A stretch of 64,000 bases of DNA from an uncultured Noviherbaspirillum sp. (GCA_963522035.1 CAUQYP010000005.1:2353-66352), one strand, 5' to 3'; numbered from the stretch's first letter, positions 1 through 11,833 are shown. Numbers and translations: made by a program. Notes: generated by a model not told the origin, from the letters alone.

Positions 1-958
1 AGCCGCCCCAGGCTTCAGCTGCCCACAGGCCGCCGAGGATGGTGGCGATGGTAAAGAAGGCAAAGCCGACGGCGATCGACTTGTACATCACGTCATCGAG
101 CAGCTCGAGCGACGGCAAGCGGTCGGCCAGGATGTTATTGGACTTGCACAGGTAGGCGACGCCCACCATGGCAGCCAGCGCAAAGGTGCCGTAGCCGATG
201 AAATTGGCAGGCACGTGGATCTTCATCCACCAGCTCTGCAGCGCCGGGACCAGCGGCTGTATCTCGGCTGCGTTGCGGGACACCGTGTACCAGAGCAGGA
301 AACCGACAGCGGCAGAAATCACCAGCATCACGAAGGCGCCCAGCTGGCGGGTCGCATAGCGCTGCTCGTAGTAAAGGTAGAACAGCGCGGTGATCATGCA
401 GAACAGGATGAAGACTTCATACAGGTTCGACACCGGGATATGGCCGACGTCCGCCCCGAGCAGGTAGGACTCGTACCAGCGCACCAGCATGCCGGTGAAC
501 CCCAGCACTACCGCGGCCCAGCACAGCTTGCTGCCGATGGCAGTGCCAGCATCCGAGCGGGCAAGCAGTCCGCCCCAGTAGAACAGGGTGGACAGGAAAA
601 ACAGCGTGCTCATCCACAGGATGGCCGACTGGCTGGACAGCATGTATTTCAGGAAAAACCTGGTGTTCGCCATCTCCAGCGAACCGCCGTACAGCGAGAT
701 CGCCCACAGCGACAGCACCGCGAGCAGCGCCATCAGCCAGCGCACCGACTTCCACTGCCAACCCAGCCACGCGAAGGTCGGCGCCGTCAGGACCAGGATG
801 GCCTGCTCGTAGAAGTCCATGTGGTGGCTGTAACGGTTCAGCGCGAACAGCATGCCGGCAAACAGCGCCAGCGCATAGAGCCAGTCGATGGCGCCCAGGC
901 GCCGGAAAAATCCGACCGGGCGAGTGTAGGCAACGTTGCCTTGTTGGGTGAGTTCCAT
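1..958 (-). CDS. ccsA: cytochrome c-type biogenesis protein CcsA/ResC (heme-handling subunit); C-terminus runs off the window
   Basis: Absent from the ORF track because there is no stop inside the window. Hand translation of the minus strand from ATG at 956-958 gives MELTQQGNVAYTRPVGFFRRLGAIDWLYAL..., a polytopic hydrophobic protein. At the window edge it reads FFTIATILGGLWAAEAWGG, the start of the Trp-rich WWD heme-handling motif. It lies directly downstream of resB. Confidence 0.85.
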   Translation of the reverse strand, partial: MELTQQGNVAYTRPVGFFRRLGAIDWLYALALFAGMLFALNRYSHHMDFYEQAILVLTAPTFAWLGWQWKSVRWLMALLAVLSLWAISLYGGSLEMANTRFFLKYMLSSQSAILWMSTLFFLSTLFYWGGLLARSDAGTAIGSKLCWAAVVLGFTGMLVRWYESYLLGADVGHIPVSNLYEVFILFCMITALFYLYYEQRYATRQLGAFVMLVISAAVGFLLWYTVSRNAAEIQPLVPALQSWWMKIHVPANFIGYGTFALAAMVGVAYLCKSNNILADRLPSLELLDDVMYKSIAVGFAFFTIATILGGLWAAEAWGG

Positions 959-1079
959 GCGGTTTCTCCGGTTGTGCCGCGTCGCGTGCGGCACCTTGGT
1001 GCAATGTGTCGGGGCAGGCGGCAAGTATAGTGGATAGTGCCGGCCTGCCGCTCGCTGCTGGGTCGTGGTGCAGCCCTGC

Positions 1080-3173
1080 CTAGGACGCCTGTCCGTGCAG
1101 CAGGCCCGTCTTCAGCGTCTCGAATTCCTTGTCGAAGTCCAGGCTGCGGCGCTGGGTGCTCATCGCCATCAGTGCGTGCGCCCTGCCATCGTCGCCGTTG
1201 CGGACCCACACCCAGACCCGGCGCTCACGGATATACAGCATCGCAAACACGCCCAGCACCAGCAGCAGGCAGCCGAAGTAGACCACGTTCTTGCCCGGCG
1301 AGCGCGTTACCTGCAGCACCGACGCCTTGATTTCATCGAAGCCGTCGAGATTCATGTAGACCGGCGCGCCGTAGAAGAAGGAATCGGCATAGGCGTTCGT
1401 CGCCAGTTGCAGGAAGCGCGCGTGCTTTTCGTCGCCTTCGACTGGTTTCAGGCCGTCTTTCTCGCGCGCCACCTGCCACAGCTCCCACATGCCGCCGTTC
1501 AATATCTTCATGAAGATGTCGGCCGCCTTTTCCTGCTCGGCCGCCGGTACCCGCTCCAGGAAACGGGCCACGGCGACAAAGCCGGACTCGCTCGCATTGC
1601 CGGCGAAGATGTCCATGCCCTTTTGCGCCGATTCCCGCAACTGCGCACGGACGGTGTCGCTGCTGCCCGGCATTGCACGCGCCGCGTAGCGCTCGGCAGC
1701 CTCAGCCCGCAGCGCCGGGTTCTGGATGGCGGCGCGCAGCCGCATCCACTCGGCGACCGAGTCGTTCTCGTCGGCGGGAATGCGCAGGAAGCGGAATGGC
1801 TCGTTCGGGTTCTCGCGCACGCCCGACAGGAATACATAGGCGCCATCGGCCAGCACGGGCTGCATGTAGTTATGGAACTCCCGCGCCTGCCCGGTCTTGT
1901 CGCGCAGCTTGTATTGCACGCTGGGACCGACGTTCTTCAGGTCCTTGGTATTGGTGCCCTTGCCGGCCGAGCCGAGCTGCTGCTGCAGGCTGTCCGCCAG
2001 CGACTTGTTCTTGGTGACCGCACGAACGTCCTGTCCGCCCTGGGCCATGTTTTCCACGTTGAACGGCCGGAAGCCCGACCACTCAATCGTATATTCACCC
2101 GACCTGGCGCCGGCAAGCGGCGTCGAGCCGCCCACTTCGCCAGCGACCGCAAAGCTGGCGGCGGCCGGCCCCGTCATTGGGTATCCCACCATTTTGAGCT
2201 TGGTGCCGCCATCCTCGAAACTGGACTGGTAGAGCGCCATGCCCTTGTAGATCAGCGGCTGGTTGACCTTGATCGTCGCCGGAAATGTCGCGCCGGTTTC
2301 ATGGTCGGTGACCTGCACTTCGCTGGCGAACAGCTTGGGCATGCCGGTGGAATAGAAATCGATGATGAAGCGGTTCAACTTGACGGTGAACGGCAGGTCC
2401 TGGATCAGCACGCCGTTCTGCCGCGCGATGATGGCCGTATTGCTGCTTGCGCCCTCCGGAATGAGCATGTTGCCGCGAAACGTCGGGTTGCCGAGGCCCA
2501 GCCGGTGCTGCGCCGGAATCTGGGCAATCACGCCATTACCCGCAAACGGCGTCTTTCCATACATCCATTCCTGGAAGCGGATGCTGAGATCGGAGTCGAA
2601 CAGTCCGCCGATGCAGATGATGACGATCGCGCTGTGGGCAAAAATATAGCCCCACTTGTTGGCGGCACCCTTCTTGGCGGTGATCAGCGTCGCCTGGTCC
2701 TTCTGCACGATCCTGACACGATAGCCATGCGCGCTGATCCGCTCCGCCGTTTGCCCAACCAGCTGCGCCTGGTCCTGCGTGCCGCGCCATTCGGCCTTGT
2801 GATGGAAATTGCGCAGCGACTGTTCGCGTACGTTCTCGCGCCAGCTGCGCATGTCGGCCAGCATGCGCGGCGCATTGCGCACGATGCACAGCGACGTCGA
2901 GACGACCAGGAACGCCAGGATCAGCAGGAACCACCAGGCCGAGTAGACCGAGTACAGCCCGAGCTTGCCGAAGACGTCGAACCAGAACGGGCCGAACTGG
3001 TTGACGTAGTTGGGCATCGGCTCGTTCTGCTTCAGCACGGTGCCGATCACCGAGGCAATCGCCAGGACGGACAGCAGGCTGATCGAGAAACGCATCGACG
3101 ACAGCAGTTCGACCGCACCGGCCAGCCCCCGTCGTTCGGTCTTGAGTTGTATGCCTGCGGTACTCGTGCTCAT
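1080..3173 (-). CDS. resB: cytochrome c biogenesis protein ResB/Ccs1 (system II)
   Basis: 697-aa ORF. It has an N-terminal TM segment (SMRFSISLLSVLAIASVIGTVLKQNEP), a large periplasmic domain and a C-terminal TM segment. It is flanked by a cytochrome c gene upstream and ccsA downstream. Confidence 0.9.
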   Translation of the reverse strand: MSTSTAGIQLKTERRGLAGAVELLSSMRFSISLLSVLAIASVIGTVLKQNEPMPNYVNQFGPFWFDVFGKLGLYSVYSAWWFLLILAFLVVSTSLCIVRNAPRMLADMRSWRENVREQSLRNFHHKAEWRGTQDQAQLVGQTAERISAHGYRVRIVQKDQATLITAKKGAANKWGYIFAHSAIVIICIGGLFDSDLSIRFQEWMYGKTPFAGNGVIAQIPAQHRLGLGNPTFRGNMLIPEGASSNTAIIARQNGVLIQDLPFTVKLNRFIIDFYSTGMPKLFASEVQVTDHETGATFPATIKVNQPLIYKGMALYQSSFEDGGTKLKMVGYPMTGPAAASFAVAGEVGGSTPLAGARSGEYTIEWSGFRPFNVENMAQGGQDVRAVTKNKSLADSLQQQLGSAGKGTNTKDLKNVGPSVQYKLRDKTGQAREFHNYMQPVLADGAYVFLSGVRENPNEPFRFLRIPADENDSVAEWMRLRAAIQNPALRAEAAERYAARAMPGSSDTVRAQLRESAQKGMDIFAGNASESGFVAVARFLERVPAAEQEKAADIFMKILNGGMWELWQVAREKDGLKPVEGDEKHARFLQLATNAYADSFFYGAPVYMNLDGFDEIKASVLQVTRSPGKNVVYFGCLLLVLGVFAMLYIRERRVWVWVRNGDDGRAHALMAMSTQRRSLDFDKEFETLKTGLLHGQAS

Positions 3174-3220
3174 GTCTGTCGATTCACTTCCGTTTGCGCT
3201 ACTGGCAAGATCTCTTTATC

Positions 3221-3250
3221 AAAAGCAAAAGGGGCAGCCTTGGCCACCCC
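3221..3250 (-). terminator. intrinsic terminator-like hairpin after the cytochrome c4 gene
   Basis: The minus strand reads GGGGTGGCCAAGGCTGCCCC, an 8-bp stem including 2 G-U pairs with a 4-nt loop. It is followed by TTTTGCTTTT and sits about 30 nt after the stop at 3280. Confidence 0.6.
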
Positions 3251-3279
3251 TCCATGCACAGATTTTTATTGTTCTTGTT

Positions 3280-3939
3280 TTACTTCAGGCCGGCGATATA
3301 GTCCGACACGGCTGCGATCTCGGCATCGGAAAGGCGGCTGGAGATGGTGGTCATCTGTGCGCTGTTTTTGCGGGTGCCTGCGCGGAATGCGGTCAGCTGC
3401 GCGGCGGTGTATTCCTGGTGCTGGCCAGCGAGCCGGGCAAACTGCGCCGGTATGCCGGTGCCGTTGGCGCCATGGCAGCTTGCGCATGCCGGCACGTTCT
3501 TCTCGGCGATACCGCCGCGGTAGATCTTCTTGCCGAGGTCGATGCTGGCCTTGTTCTTGGCCGCGCCGGGCTTGGCTTCCTGCTTGTCCAGCCAGGCAGC
3601 GATGTTATGCATGTCCTGCTCGGTCAGCGCCTTCGAAATTGGCGACATGATGGGATTGGCACGTTCCGGTGTCCGGAAATCCATCAGCTGCTTGTATGTG
3701 TACGGCTCGTGCTGGTCCGACAGCTTCGGGTTCTGAACGATGGAGGAGTTGCCGGCGGCGCCGTGGCAGGCTACGCATGCCGGGATATTGCGGGACGCAT
3801 CGCCGTTGCTATAAATGGTTTCACCCTTTGCAGGATCAGCCTTGACAACCTTGCCTTCTTCGGCTGCTCCAGCCATGGAAGACACCGCGATTAATGCAAC
3901 GAACAAGGATTTTGCAAATGGTAGAAACGCACGATTCAT
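3280..3939 (-). CDS. diheme cytochrome c4-type protein (periplasmic)
   Basis: 219 aa with a signal peptide ([26 protein letters not shown]). Two CxxCH heme motifs are present (CVACHG, CASCHG), each followed by a distal Met region. Confidence 0.9.
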   Translation of the reverse strand: MNRAFLPFAKSLFVALIAVSSMAGAAEEGKVVKADPAKGETIYSNGDASRNIPACVACHGAAGNSSIVQNPKLSDQHEPYTYKQLMDFRTPERANPIMSPISKALTEQDMHNIAAWLDKQEAKPGAAKNKASIDLGKKIYRGGIAEKNVPACASCHGANGTGIPAQFARLAGQHQEYTAAQLTAFRAGTRKNSAQMTTISSRLSDAEIAAVSDYIAGLK

Positions 3940-4092
3940 TCAGACACCCTGAGGCTTGATTTTGGATTTTTAGCGGCAGAAAACAGGGATTATGGAGACT
4001 TCAATCGCCTGTTGAAGCGGCAGCATTTAACCCCTTATTGTACAATAGCTTTCCGGCTTTTCGCCTCCCCAGCAGCATTTTCTGTACAAACC

Positions 4093-4818
4093 ATGTCCCA
4101 ACTCTGGCAGGCACGCTTCTTCACCACCGTTAATCACCTGCGCGATTTGCCCGGTACGCACGTGCCCGAAATCGCGTTCGCCGGCCGCTCCAATGCAGGC
4201 AAATCGACGGCCATCAACGTATTGTGCAACCAGAAAAAACTGGCCTTTGCGTCCAAGACACCGGGCCGCACACAGCATATCAATTACTTTTCCATCGGCG
4301 GCGCGCACGTCGGCCAGCATCGCAAGGACGAGACCCGGGTCGATGAAATTCGCGGCCTGCTGGTCGACTTGCCCGGTTATGGCTACGCGGAAGTCTCGGG
4401 CAATGCCAAGCTGCACTGGCAGGCCTTGCTGGGCGACTATGTGCAGCGGCGCTCGCAACTGGCTGCGCTGGTGCTGATCGTCGATTCGCGCCGGCCCTTT
4501 ACCGACCTCGACATCCAGATGCTCGAATGGTTTGCTCCCACCGGCAAGCCGATACACTGCATTCTGACCAAGGTCGACAAGCTCAATCGTAACGATGCGA
4601 CCAACGCCCTGCGCCAGGCACAGACGCTGCTGGCAAGCTATGTGATGGAAGATGGCAGTCCCTGCCCGTTCACCGCGCAACTTTTTTCAGCGCTCAAGCG
4701 CACTGGCCTGGACGAGGCAACCGAGCGTATCGAAACCCTGCTGGGATTGAATCTGCCCACGCCGGAACAGGAAACGCAGGAAACGCAGCAAGCCGCGGAA
4801 GACGCGGCGCCGGAATAA
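4093..4818 (+). CDS. engB: ribosome biogenesis GTP-binding protein YihA/EngB
   Basis: G1 motif [10 protein letters not shown]3 motif DLPGYG, G4 motif TKVDK. I place the start at ATG 4093 ([10 protein letters not shown]...); the 27-aa N-terminal extension in the ORF track is probably not translated. Confidence 0.9.
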   Translation: MSQLWQARFFTTVNHLRDLPGTHVPEIAFAGRSNAGKSTAINVLCNQKKLAFASKTPGRTQHINYFSIGGAHVGQHRKDETRVDEIRGLLVDLPGYGYAEVSGNAKLHWQALLGDYVQRRSQLAALVLIVDSRRPFTDLDIQMLEWFAPTGKPIHCILTKVDKLNRNDATNALRQAQTLLASYVMEDGSPCPFTAQLFSALKRTGLDEATERIETLLGLNLPTPEQETQETQQAAEDAAPE

Positions 4819-4823
4819 AAAAA

Positions 4824-4851
4824 CCCTGGAGAAAGGGGAGTATCTCCAGGG
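4824..4851. terminator. 9-bp hairpin at the engB 3' end; the U-tract is present only in the minus-strand reading
   Basis: CCCTGGAGA-aaggggagta-TCTCCAGGG. On the plus strand it is preceded by A7 (4817-4823) and followed by tagtaacg, with no T-run. Read on the minus strand it is hairpin plus TTTTTTT. Confidence 0.5.
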
Positions 4852-4915
4852 TAGTAACGCCTTATCGTCAAGAACGAAAGGCCCCGCTCAGGGAGGAGAA
4901 GCGGGAGGTACTTGA

Positions 4916-6016
<1,101 letters not shown>

Positions 6017-6035
6017 TCGTCGGCCGCTTGCCTGC

Positions 6036-7148
6036 ATGGATATTTTCCTGATTACCGACACGCAGGTGAGCCGTCTCGACGAAGCGCCCGCCGCCCTGCC
6101 CCAGCACGGTTTCCTGTGGCTGGATGCAACGCACGAGGAAGTGGCTGCCGCGCCTGAAGCCTGGCGGACCGCCGTCGAACAGGCCACCGGCGTCCACCTG
6201 TATGACCCGCACCTGACCGATGCGGTCAACTTGCGCCATCCATCCTATTTCGATTCCACGCAGGATTACGAAATGGTGGTGTTTCGCAAGCTGGCAATGA
6301 ACGGCGAAGCCGCCGGCAATGCCGGGCAGGCGACGGTTTCCGCCAGCGTGACCAAGCTTGCTACCCGCCCGGTGACCTTCGTCGTGATGGACGGTGCGCT
6401 CCTCACCGTCAGGGCCTCGCATAGCCGCACGATAGAAACCGCACGCACGCGGCTGCTGGATTACCGTCCGAAGACGAATGGCAGCAGCCACGGCGCCCGC
6501 CCGCCGTCTTCCCCGCGCGAACTGATGCTGCGGCTGCTTAACGCCATGGTCGACCAGTACCTCGACCTGCGCCAGCCGCTGTCGCTGCAAATCGACCGCT
6601 GGCAGCGCGCGCTGCTCAACACCCAGCGTCCGTTCAATGACTGGATGGCGCTGCTTGACGCACGCATCGAACTGCGCAAGCTCGATCATCTCTGCGAGGA
6701 ACAGCATGACGCGCTGCAGGAACTGCGCGACCATTTCGTCGATACATTCCATGGCCAGGACGATGGCCGTGCAAGCGACCTGTTGCTGGTACGTATCAAC
6801 GACGTGATGGAGCACATCACGCGCGTGCTTAACCATGCCCGCCGGCTGGAGTCGTCCATCGAATCGGCAGTGCAGATTCATTTCGCAGCCATGGCCCATC
6901 GCACCAGCGAAATCATGCGCACGTTGACCGTGATCACCGCGCTGTTCATGCCGCTGACGCTGATTACCGGCGTATTCGGCATGAACTTCGAAGTGATGCC
7001 GCTGCTCAAGGACCGGGCCGGCTTCTGGATTACCGTGGGCGCAATGGTGGTGATGGTCGCGGTGCTGCTGTTCTTCTTCCGACGCAAGCGCTACCTGGAA
7101 GACCAGGTGCGGGAGCAGGCGCAAGTGGATGTGCGGCGCAAGCAATAA
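6036..7148 (+). CDS. CorA-family divalent metal ion channel
   Basis: 370 aa. A cytoplasmic N-domain is followed by two C-terminal TM helices bracketing the GMN signature (TGVFGMNFEVMP). Confidence 0.8.
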   Translation: MDIFLITDTQVSRLDEAPAALPQHGFLWLDATHEEVAAAPEAWRTAVEQATGVHLYDPHLTDAVNLRHPSYFDSTQDYEMVVFRKLAMNGEAAGNAGQATVSASVTKLATRPVTFVVMDGALLTVRASHSRTIETARTRLLDYRPKTNGSSHGARPPSSPRELMLRLLNAMVDQYLDLRQPLSLQIDRWQRALLNTQRPFNDWMALLDARIELRKLDHLCEEQHDALQELRDHFVDTFHGQDDGRASDLLLVRINDVMEHITRVLNHARRLESSIESAVQIHFAAMAHRTSEIMRTLTVITALFMPLTLITGVFGMNFEVMPLLKDRAGFWITVGAMVVMVAVLLFFFRRKRYLEDQVREQAQVDVRRKQ

Positions 7149-7170
7149 AAAACGCCCCGAAGGGCGTTTC
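7147..7170. terminator. bidirectional intrinsic terminator shared by the convergent corA-like and peroxiredoxin genes
   Basis: AAAAA-ACGCCC-cgaa-GGGCGT-TTCT lies between the stops at 7148 (+) and 7191 (-). Confidence 0.7.
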
Positions 7171-7190
7171 TGCGCAGCAAGGAGTGCAAG

Positions 7191-7829
7191 TTATTTGTTC
7201 GGCTGCGGCGTCAGGCGAAGGTAAGGCTTGGGCGAGGTATAGCCTTTCGGATATTTTTGCTTGAGCACTGCCTCGTCCTGCACTGACAGCGGAATGATCA
7301 CGTCGTCGCCGTCACGCCAGTTGCCCGGCGTCGCCACCGTGTAGCCATCGGTCAGTTGCAGCGCGTCGATCACGCGCAGCACCTCGTCGAAATTGCGGCC
7401 GGTGCTCATCGGGTAGGTGATGATCAGGCGGATCTTCTTCTTCGGGTCGACCACGAACAGCGAGCGCACCGTCATGGTCTCGGACTGCTCAGGGTGGATC
7501 ATGTCGTACAGCGTGGACACGGTCCTGTCGGCATCGGCAATGATGGGGAAACCGACCACGGTCTTCTGGGTCTCTTCAATGTCCTTGATCCAGTCCACGT
7601 GCTTCTCTGCCGGGTCGACCGACAGCGCGATGGCCTTGACATTGCGCTTGTCGAATTCGGGTTTGAGTTTGGCGGTCAGCCCAAGCTCAGTCGTGCATAC
7701 CGGCGTAAAGTCGGCCGGATGGGAAAACAGCACTACCCACGAATCGCCAGCCCATTCATGGAACTTGATCCGCCCGATGGATGAATCCTGTTCAAAGTCG
7801 GGTGCGGTGTCGCCAAGTCGCAAGCTCAT
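7191..7829 (-). CDS. 1-Cys peroxiredoxin (Prx6/LsfA-like)
   Basis: 212 aa, MSLRLGDTAPDFEQDS...VLFSHPADFTPVCTTELG. It has the peroxidatic Cys motif PVCTTE and I see no resolving Cys. Confidence 0.9.
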   Translation of the reverse strand: MSLRLGDTAPDFEQDSSIGRIKFHEWAGDSWVVLFSHPADFTPVCTTELGLTAKLKPEFDKRNVKAIALSVDPAEKHVDWIKDIEETQKTVVGFPIIADADRTVSTLYDMIHPEQSETMTVRSLFVVDPKKKIRLIITYPMSTGRNFDEVLRVIDALQLTDGYTVATPGNWRDGDDVIIPLSVQDEAVLKQKYPKGYTSPKPYLRLTPQPNK

Positions 7830-7937
7830 CTTGATCTCCTACCTTGTTATTAAGACGGAAACTATAGCGCCACTGCCGCCGGCCTTCCAACGATTTTTAT
7901 CGACTATGCAAATTACCGGCGCCGGGGTTTGCGCAAT

Positions 7938-9749
7938 TCAGAAAACGACCACGTCCATCGAAGACAGGAAACGGTCGGCGTTCTGATAACCGATCACGCG
8001 CCCGCCCGGGGTTTCAGCGCCATCCTTGCCGAAAAAAATGATGCCCGGCGGACCAAACAGCCGGAAGCGTTTCAGCAAGGCCTTGTCGTCCGCATTGTTG
8101 GCAGTGACGTCGGCCTGCAGCAGCACCATGTTGTCGAACCGGGCGCGCACCCGCGGGTCGGTAAAGGTCAGTTTTTCCATCTCCTTGCAGGACACGCACC
8201 AGTCGGCATAGAAGTCGAGCATGGCCGGCTTGCCGCTGCTGGCTGCCTGGGCCAGCGCGGCGTCGAGATCCGCCGAAGACCTGACGCGAACGAAACGGGT
8301 CTCATGCTGGTCGCCGCTCAGGTGCGCCAGGGGCGCCAGCGGATCGCGGCCGCCGGTGGCGAGGCCGGCCAGCTGGACTGCGCCCAGCATCAGGAACAGC
8401 ACGCCGGCCAGCTTGCCGCCCCACCTGGCGTCGCGCGGGAAGATCAGCCAGGCGCCGTAGCCGATGCCCAATGCCGCCCAGCCAGCCATCTGCAGCCAGT
8501 CCGGCAACACGGGACCGACCATCCACAGCGCCACGCCCAGCATCAGCACGCCGAAGAAGCGCTTGACCGCATTCATCCAGGCGCCGGCGCGCGGCAGCAG
8601 GGATCCGGCCGACAGCCCGATGACCATCAGCGGAATGCCCATGCCGATCGCCATCGCAAACAGCGCACTGCCGCCGACCACCACGTCCCGCGTCTGGCTG
8701 ATGTAGAGCAGCGCGCCGGCCAGCGGCGCCGCCACGCACGGGCCGACGATCAGGGCCGACAGTGCGCCCATCACAAACACGCCCGCCAGCTTGCCCGACG
8801 TCTGTTTCTCCGAAAACTGGCTGAGACGGGTCTGCACCGCGGCCGGCATTTGCAACTGGTAGACCCCGAACATCGACAGTGACAGCACCACCATCAGCAA
8901 GGCGAATGCCGAGAGCACCCAGGGCTTCTGCAGCGCCGCGGACAGTCCTTCGCCGAGCAGTCCGGCGCTTACCCCGAGCGCCGTGTAGACGATGGCCATG
9001 CCGAGGCTGTATGCAGCCGACAGCGTGAAGCCGCGCAGCCTGGTCGCCTTCGGGCCTTCGCCCACGATGATGAAGGACAGGATGGGCACCATGGGCAGTA
9101 CGCAGGGCGTGAATGCCAGCCCCAGTCCCAGCAGCAGGAACAGCGGCATGATGGTGAGCAGTCGGCCACTCTTCAACGAAGACTCGATGCGCCCCATCTC
9201 GCTGTCCGGGGTGGCGCCCGCCGTACCGGCTGTTGCAGCACCGGTGCTGGCGTTGGACGCGTTCGTGCTCTCCGGCTCGCCGCGTGCAGCCGATAGCAAA
9301 CCACCGCCACCTGTCGGCGACAGGCGGGCCTGCGATTCCATTGGCGTGTAGCACAGCCCCTTGTCGGCGCAGCCCTGGCTCGTCGCCACCAGCCGGAACG
9401 GACCGGTTGCCTCGACCGGTATCGTGATCGCCACCGTCTTGCGGTAAGTCTCCACGTTTTTCTGGAACGTCTCATCGAACTTCACCTTGCCTGGCGGGAT
9501 CACCGCCACGCCCAGCGTCGCTCCCTCGGCGCGGAAAGCGAATTGTTCGCGGTACATGTAGTAGCCATCGGCGATCTGGTAGCTGACCTCGATATTGTTC
9601 GCGTCCAGCATGCGGCTGGAAAAGCGGAACGCGGCTTCCGGCTCGAGATAGTCTTCTTCTGCATGGGCAGTCGGCGCGGCCAGGCCGATCAGCAGGCAGA
9701 GAAAGGCCAGCAACAAGGAAAAACCACTACGCAAACCATGCTCAAACAT
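7938..9749 (-). CDS. dsbD: thiol:disulfide interchange protein DsbD (DipZ)
   Basis: Signal peptide, N-terminal periplasmic domain, a multi-TM core (FTPCVLPMVP) and a C-terminal thioredoxin fold with WCVSCK. I chose ATG 9749 (MFEHGLRS...), which overlaps the cutA stop by 8 nt (ATGTTTGA). The ORF-track start at 9821 would overlap cutA by 80 nt. Confidence 0.9.
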   Translation of the reverse strand: MFEHGLRSGFSLLLAFLCLLIGLAAPTAHAEEDYLEPEAAFRFSSRMLDANNIEVSYQIADGYYMYREQFAFRAEGATLGVAVIPPGKVKFDETFQKNVETYRKTVAITIPVEATGPFRLVATSQGCADKGLCYTPMESQARLSPTGGGGLLSAARGEPESTNASNASTGAATAGTAGATPDSEMGRIESSLKSGRLLTIMPLFLLLGLGLAFTPCVLPMVPILSFIIVGEGPKATRLRGFTLSAAYSLGMAIVYTALGVSAGLLGEGLSAALQKPWVLSAFALLMVVLSLSMFGVYQLQMPAAVQTRLSQFSEKQTSGKLAGVFVMGALSALIVGPCVAAPLAGALLYISQTRDVVVGGSALFAMAIGMGIPLMVIGLSAGSLLPRAGAWMNAVKRFFGVLMLGVALWMVGPVLPDWLQMAGWAALGIGYGAWLIFPRDARWGGKLAGVLFLMLGAVQLAGLATGGRDPLAPLAHLSGDQHETRFVRVRSSADLDAALAQAASSGKPAMLDFYADWCVSCKEMEKLTFTDPRVRARFDNMVLLQADVTANNADDKALLKRFRLFGPPGIIFFGKDGAETPGGRVIGYQNADRFLSSMDVVVF

Positions 9750-10074
9750 CGATTTCTTTCCTCGTTTCCTGGCTGATCCATTCAAGGTAAGGGGGGTATC
9801 CGGCGCTAATCGGAATGGCAATCAGCTCGGGCAGATCGTACGGATGCAGCCGCCGGATTGCCTGCTCCAGTTCCGCATAGCGTGCGGCGGTGGTCTTGAT
9901 CAGCAGGGTCACTTCGGCCGCTTCTTCCACCACGCCGTTCCATCGATACACGGACTGGACTGCCGGCAGCATGTTGACACAGGCGGCCAGTCGCTGCTCG
10001 ACCAGCGTGCGAGCGAGCAGGCGCGCACTGGCGGTGTCGGCCAGGTTGGTCAAGAGCAGCAGTGCCTGTTCCAT
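9742..10074 (-). CDS. cutA: divalent-cation tolerance protein CutA
   Basis: 110 aa with the CutA1 fold sequence (LAACVNMLPAVQSVYRWNG...E). It forms the conserved cutA-dsbD pair. Confidence 0.9.
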   Translation of the reverse strand: MEQALLLLTNLADTASARLLARTLVEQRLAACVNMLPAVQSVYRWNGVVEEAAEVTLLIKTTAARYAELEQAIRRLHPYDLPELIAIPISAGYPPYLEWISQETRKEIDV

Positions 10075-10101
10075 GATCTGCCTCGATGAACCGTTGCTTG
10101 C

Positions 10102-10890
10102 TTATTTGAGCAGCCGGCGACGCGTCAGCATCGTGGCAAGATAAAACGCACCCACGCAGTAGACCACCAGGATCGCCAGGTCCTGCACCGGGGTCGCTGG
10201 CCAGTTGCCCAGGATCAGGGGCCGGACCAGGTTGACTGCGGCGCCCAGCGGCAGCAGCTGGGAGACGACTTGCAACCATCCCGGCAATTGCGCGACCGGG
10301 TAATAGACGCCGGAGAGGAAGATCATCGGCGTCAGCACCAGCGTGAAATAGTAGGTGAAAAAGTCATAGCCCTTGGCGATGGCATTGAACACCAGCCCGA
10401 GCGAAGCGAAGGTCATGCCGATCAGGAACAGCAGCGGCAGGGCCAGCAGCGTGTGCGGATGGATACCGATGCCCAATATAAACATCACGCCCAGGATTGC
10501 GACGCCGGAAAACAGCGACTTGGTGGCAGCCCACAGCATTTCAGCCAGCACCACGTCATCCAGCGCAAGAGGCGCGTTGAGCAGCGCTTCCCAGGTCTTT
10601 TGCACATGCATGCGCGAGAAGGCGGAATACAGTGCCTCGAATGACGACGCCATCATCACGGACATGCAGATCGAGCCCGAGGCCAGGAAGTGGATGTACG
10701 GAATACCATCCACGCTCTTGAGCAGGCTGCCAAGGCCGTAGCCAAACGCAATCAGCGTGATCAGCGGGTCTGCAATGTTGCCCAGCACGCTGGCCACGGC
10801 AAGCTTTTTCCAGACCAGGAAGTTACGCTGCCAGATAGGCAGGAAGCGCAGTGAAAACGACGGCAAGGCGTAGAGTGCTGTGGTGCTCAT
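10102..10890 (-). CDS. ABC-2 type exporter permease (NodJ-like)
   Basis: 262 aa with about 6 TM segments of the ABC-2 family. The start codon lies 1 nt from the stop of the upstream ATPase gene. Confidence 0.85.
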   Translation of the reverse strand: MSTTALYALPSFSLRFLPIWQRNFLVWKKLAVASVLGNIADPLITLIAFGYGLGSLLKSVDGIPYIHFLASGSICMSVMMASSFEALYSAFSRMHVQKTWEALLNAPLALDDVVLAEMLWAATKSLFSGVAILGVMFILGIGIHPHTLLALPLLFLIGMTFASLGLVFNAIAKGYDFFTYYFTLVLTPMIFLSGVYYPVAQLPGWLQVVSQLLPLGAAVNLVRPLILGNWPATPVQDLAILVVYCVGAFYLATMLTRRRLLK

Positions 10891-10891
10891 T

Positions 10892-11833
10892 TCAATCCCT
10901 CATTTCACGGCCGGTCAGTTTGAGGAACAAGTCTTCGAGGTTGGCCGGCCTGTGGATGTAGCGCACGCCGCTGACCGTCGCCAGGCTGTCCAGCAAGGGC
11001 TGCGCATCGTTGGTATAGCAGAACACGGTTTCGCCGCTGATCTCGTAGCGTTCCGCCATCGGACGGCCATTGGCTTCGCCCCACGCCAGCGCGTTTTCGC
11101 CATAGGCTTCGATCACCTGCGATTCGATGTGCGCGGCAATCAGGTCGCGCGGATTGCCTTCCGCGATCATCCTGCCATGGTCGATGACGGCAAGCCGGTC
11201 GCAGAGTCGCTCGGCTTCATCCATGAAGTGCGTGGTCAGCAGGATGGTCTTGCCATCGGCAAGCAGCGCCTTGAGGCGCTCCCAGATCATGTGGCGCGCC
11301 TGCGGGTCGAGGCCGGTCGTCGGCTCATCCATGAAAATCAGGTCGGGGTCGTTGACCAGCGCGCGCGCCAGCGTCAGTCGCCGGCGCATCCCGCCGGAAA
11401 GCTCGCTGATACGGGCATCCTTCTTGGCCGTCAGGTTGGAAAATTCCAGCAGGCGTGGTATGCGTTCGCGGATGACCGCGTCGGCGATACCAAAGTAACG
11501 TCCGAAGACCAGCAGGTTTTCGGCCACCGTAAAGTCCGGGTCCAGGTTGTCGCCCTGTGGTACGACGCCCACCCTGACGCGAGCGGCACGAGCATCGTCC
11601 GGGACGGGACGGCCGACCAGCGTCACGTTGCCGCTGTCGGGATTGGTCAGCCCGAGGCAAAGCCGCAGGGTGGTCGTCTTGCCCGCGCCGTTCGGGCCGA
11701 GCAGGCCGTAGCACTCGCCGCGTCGCAAGGAAAACGATAAGCCATCGATGATGGTGTGCTTGTCGTCGCCCGTGCCATAGGTCTTGCGCAGGTCTTCAAC
11801 CGAAAGTATCGCTGATGCTCGCATGCGGATCAT
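10892..11833 (-). CDS. ABC transporter ATP-binding protein (NodI-like)
   Basis: Walker [10 protein letters not shown], signature LSGGMRRRL, Walker B LIFMDEPT. It is paired with the ABC-2 permease. Confidence 0.9.
   Translation of the reverse strand: MIRMRASAILSVEDLRKTYGTGDDKHTIIDGLSFSLRRGECYGLLGPNGAGKTTTLRLCLGLTNPDSGNVTLVGRPVPDDARAARVRVGVVPQGDNLDPDFTVAENLLVFGRYFGIADAVIRERIPRLLEFSNLTAKKDARISELSGGMRRRLTLARALVNDPDLIFMDEPTTGLDPQARHMIWERLKALLADGKTILLTTHFMDEAERLCDRLAVIDHGRMIAEGNPRDLIAAHIESQVIEAYGENALAWGEANGRPMAERYEISGETVFCYTNDAQPLLDSLATVSGVRYIHRPANLEDLFLKLTGREMRD

Noticed and set aside
215-3650. Plus-strand ORFs 215..1030 (271 aa) and 1065..3650 (861 aa), plus many smaller ones overlapping ccsA, resB and cytochrome c4.
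   Set aside because: They are antisense or alternate frames of clearly recognisable minus-strand genes. Their translations are Arg/Gln/His-rich and have no domain signatures.
7929-9354. ORFs 7929..8882 (+) and 8302..9354 (-) inside dsbD.
   Set aside because: They are alternate or antisense frames. The DsbD frame shows a signal peptide, a TM core and a CxxC thioredoxin domain.
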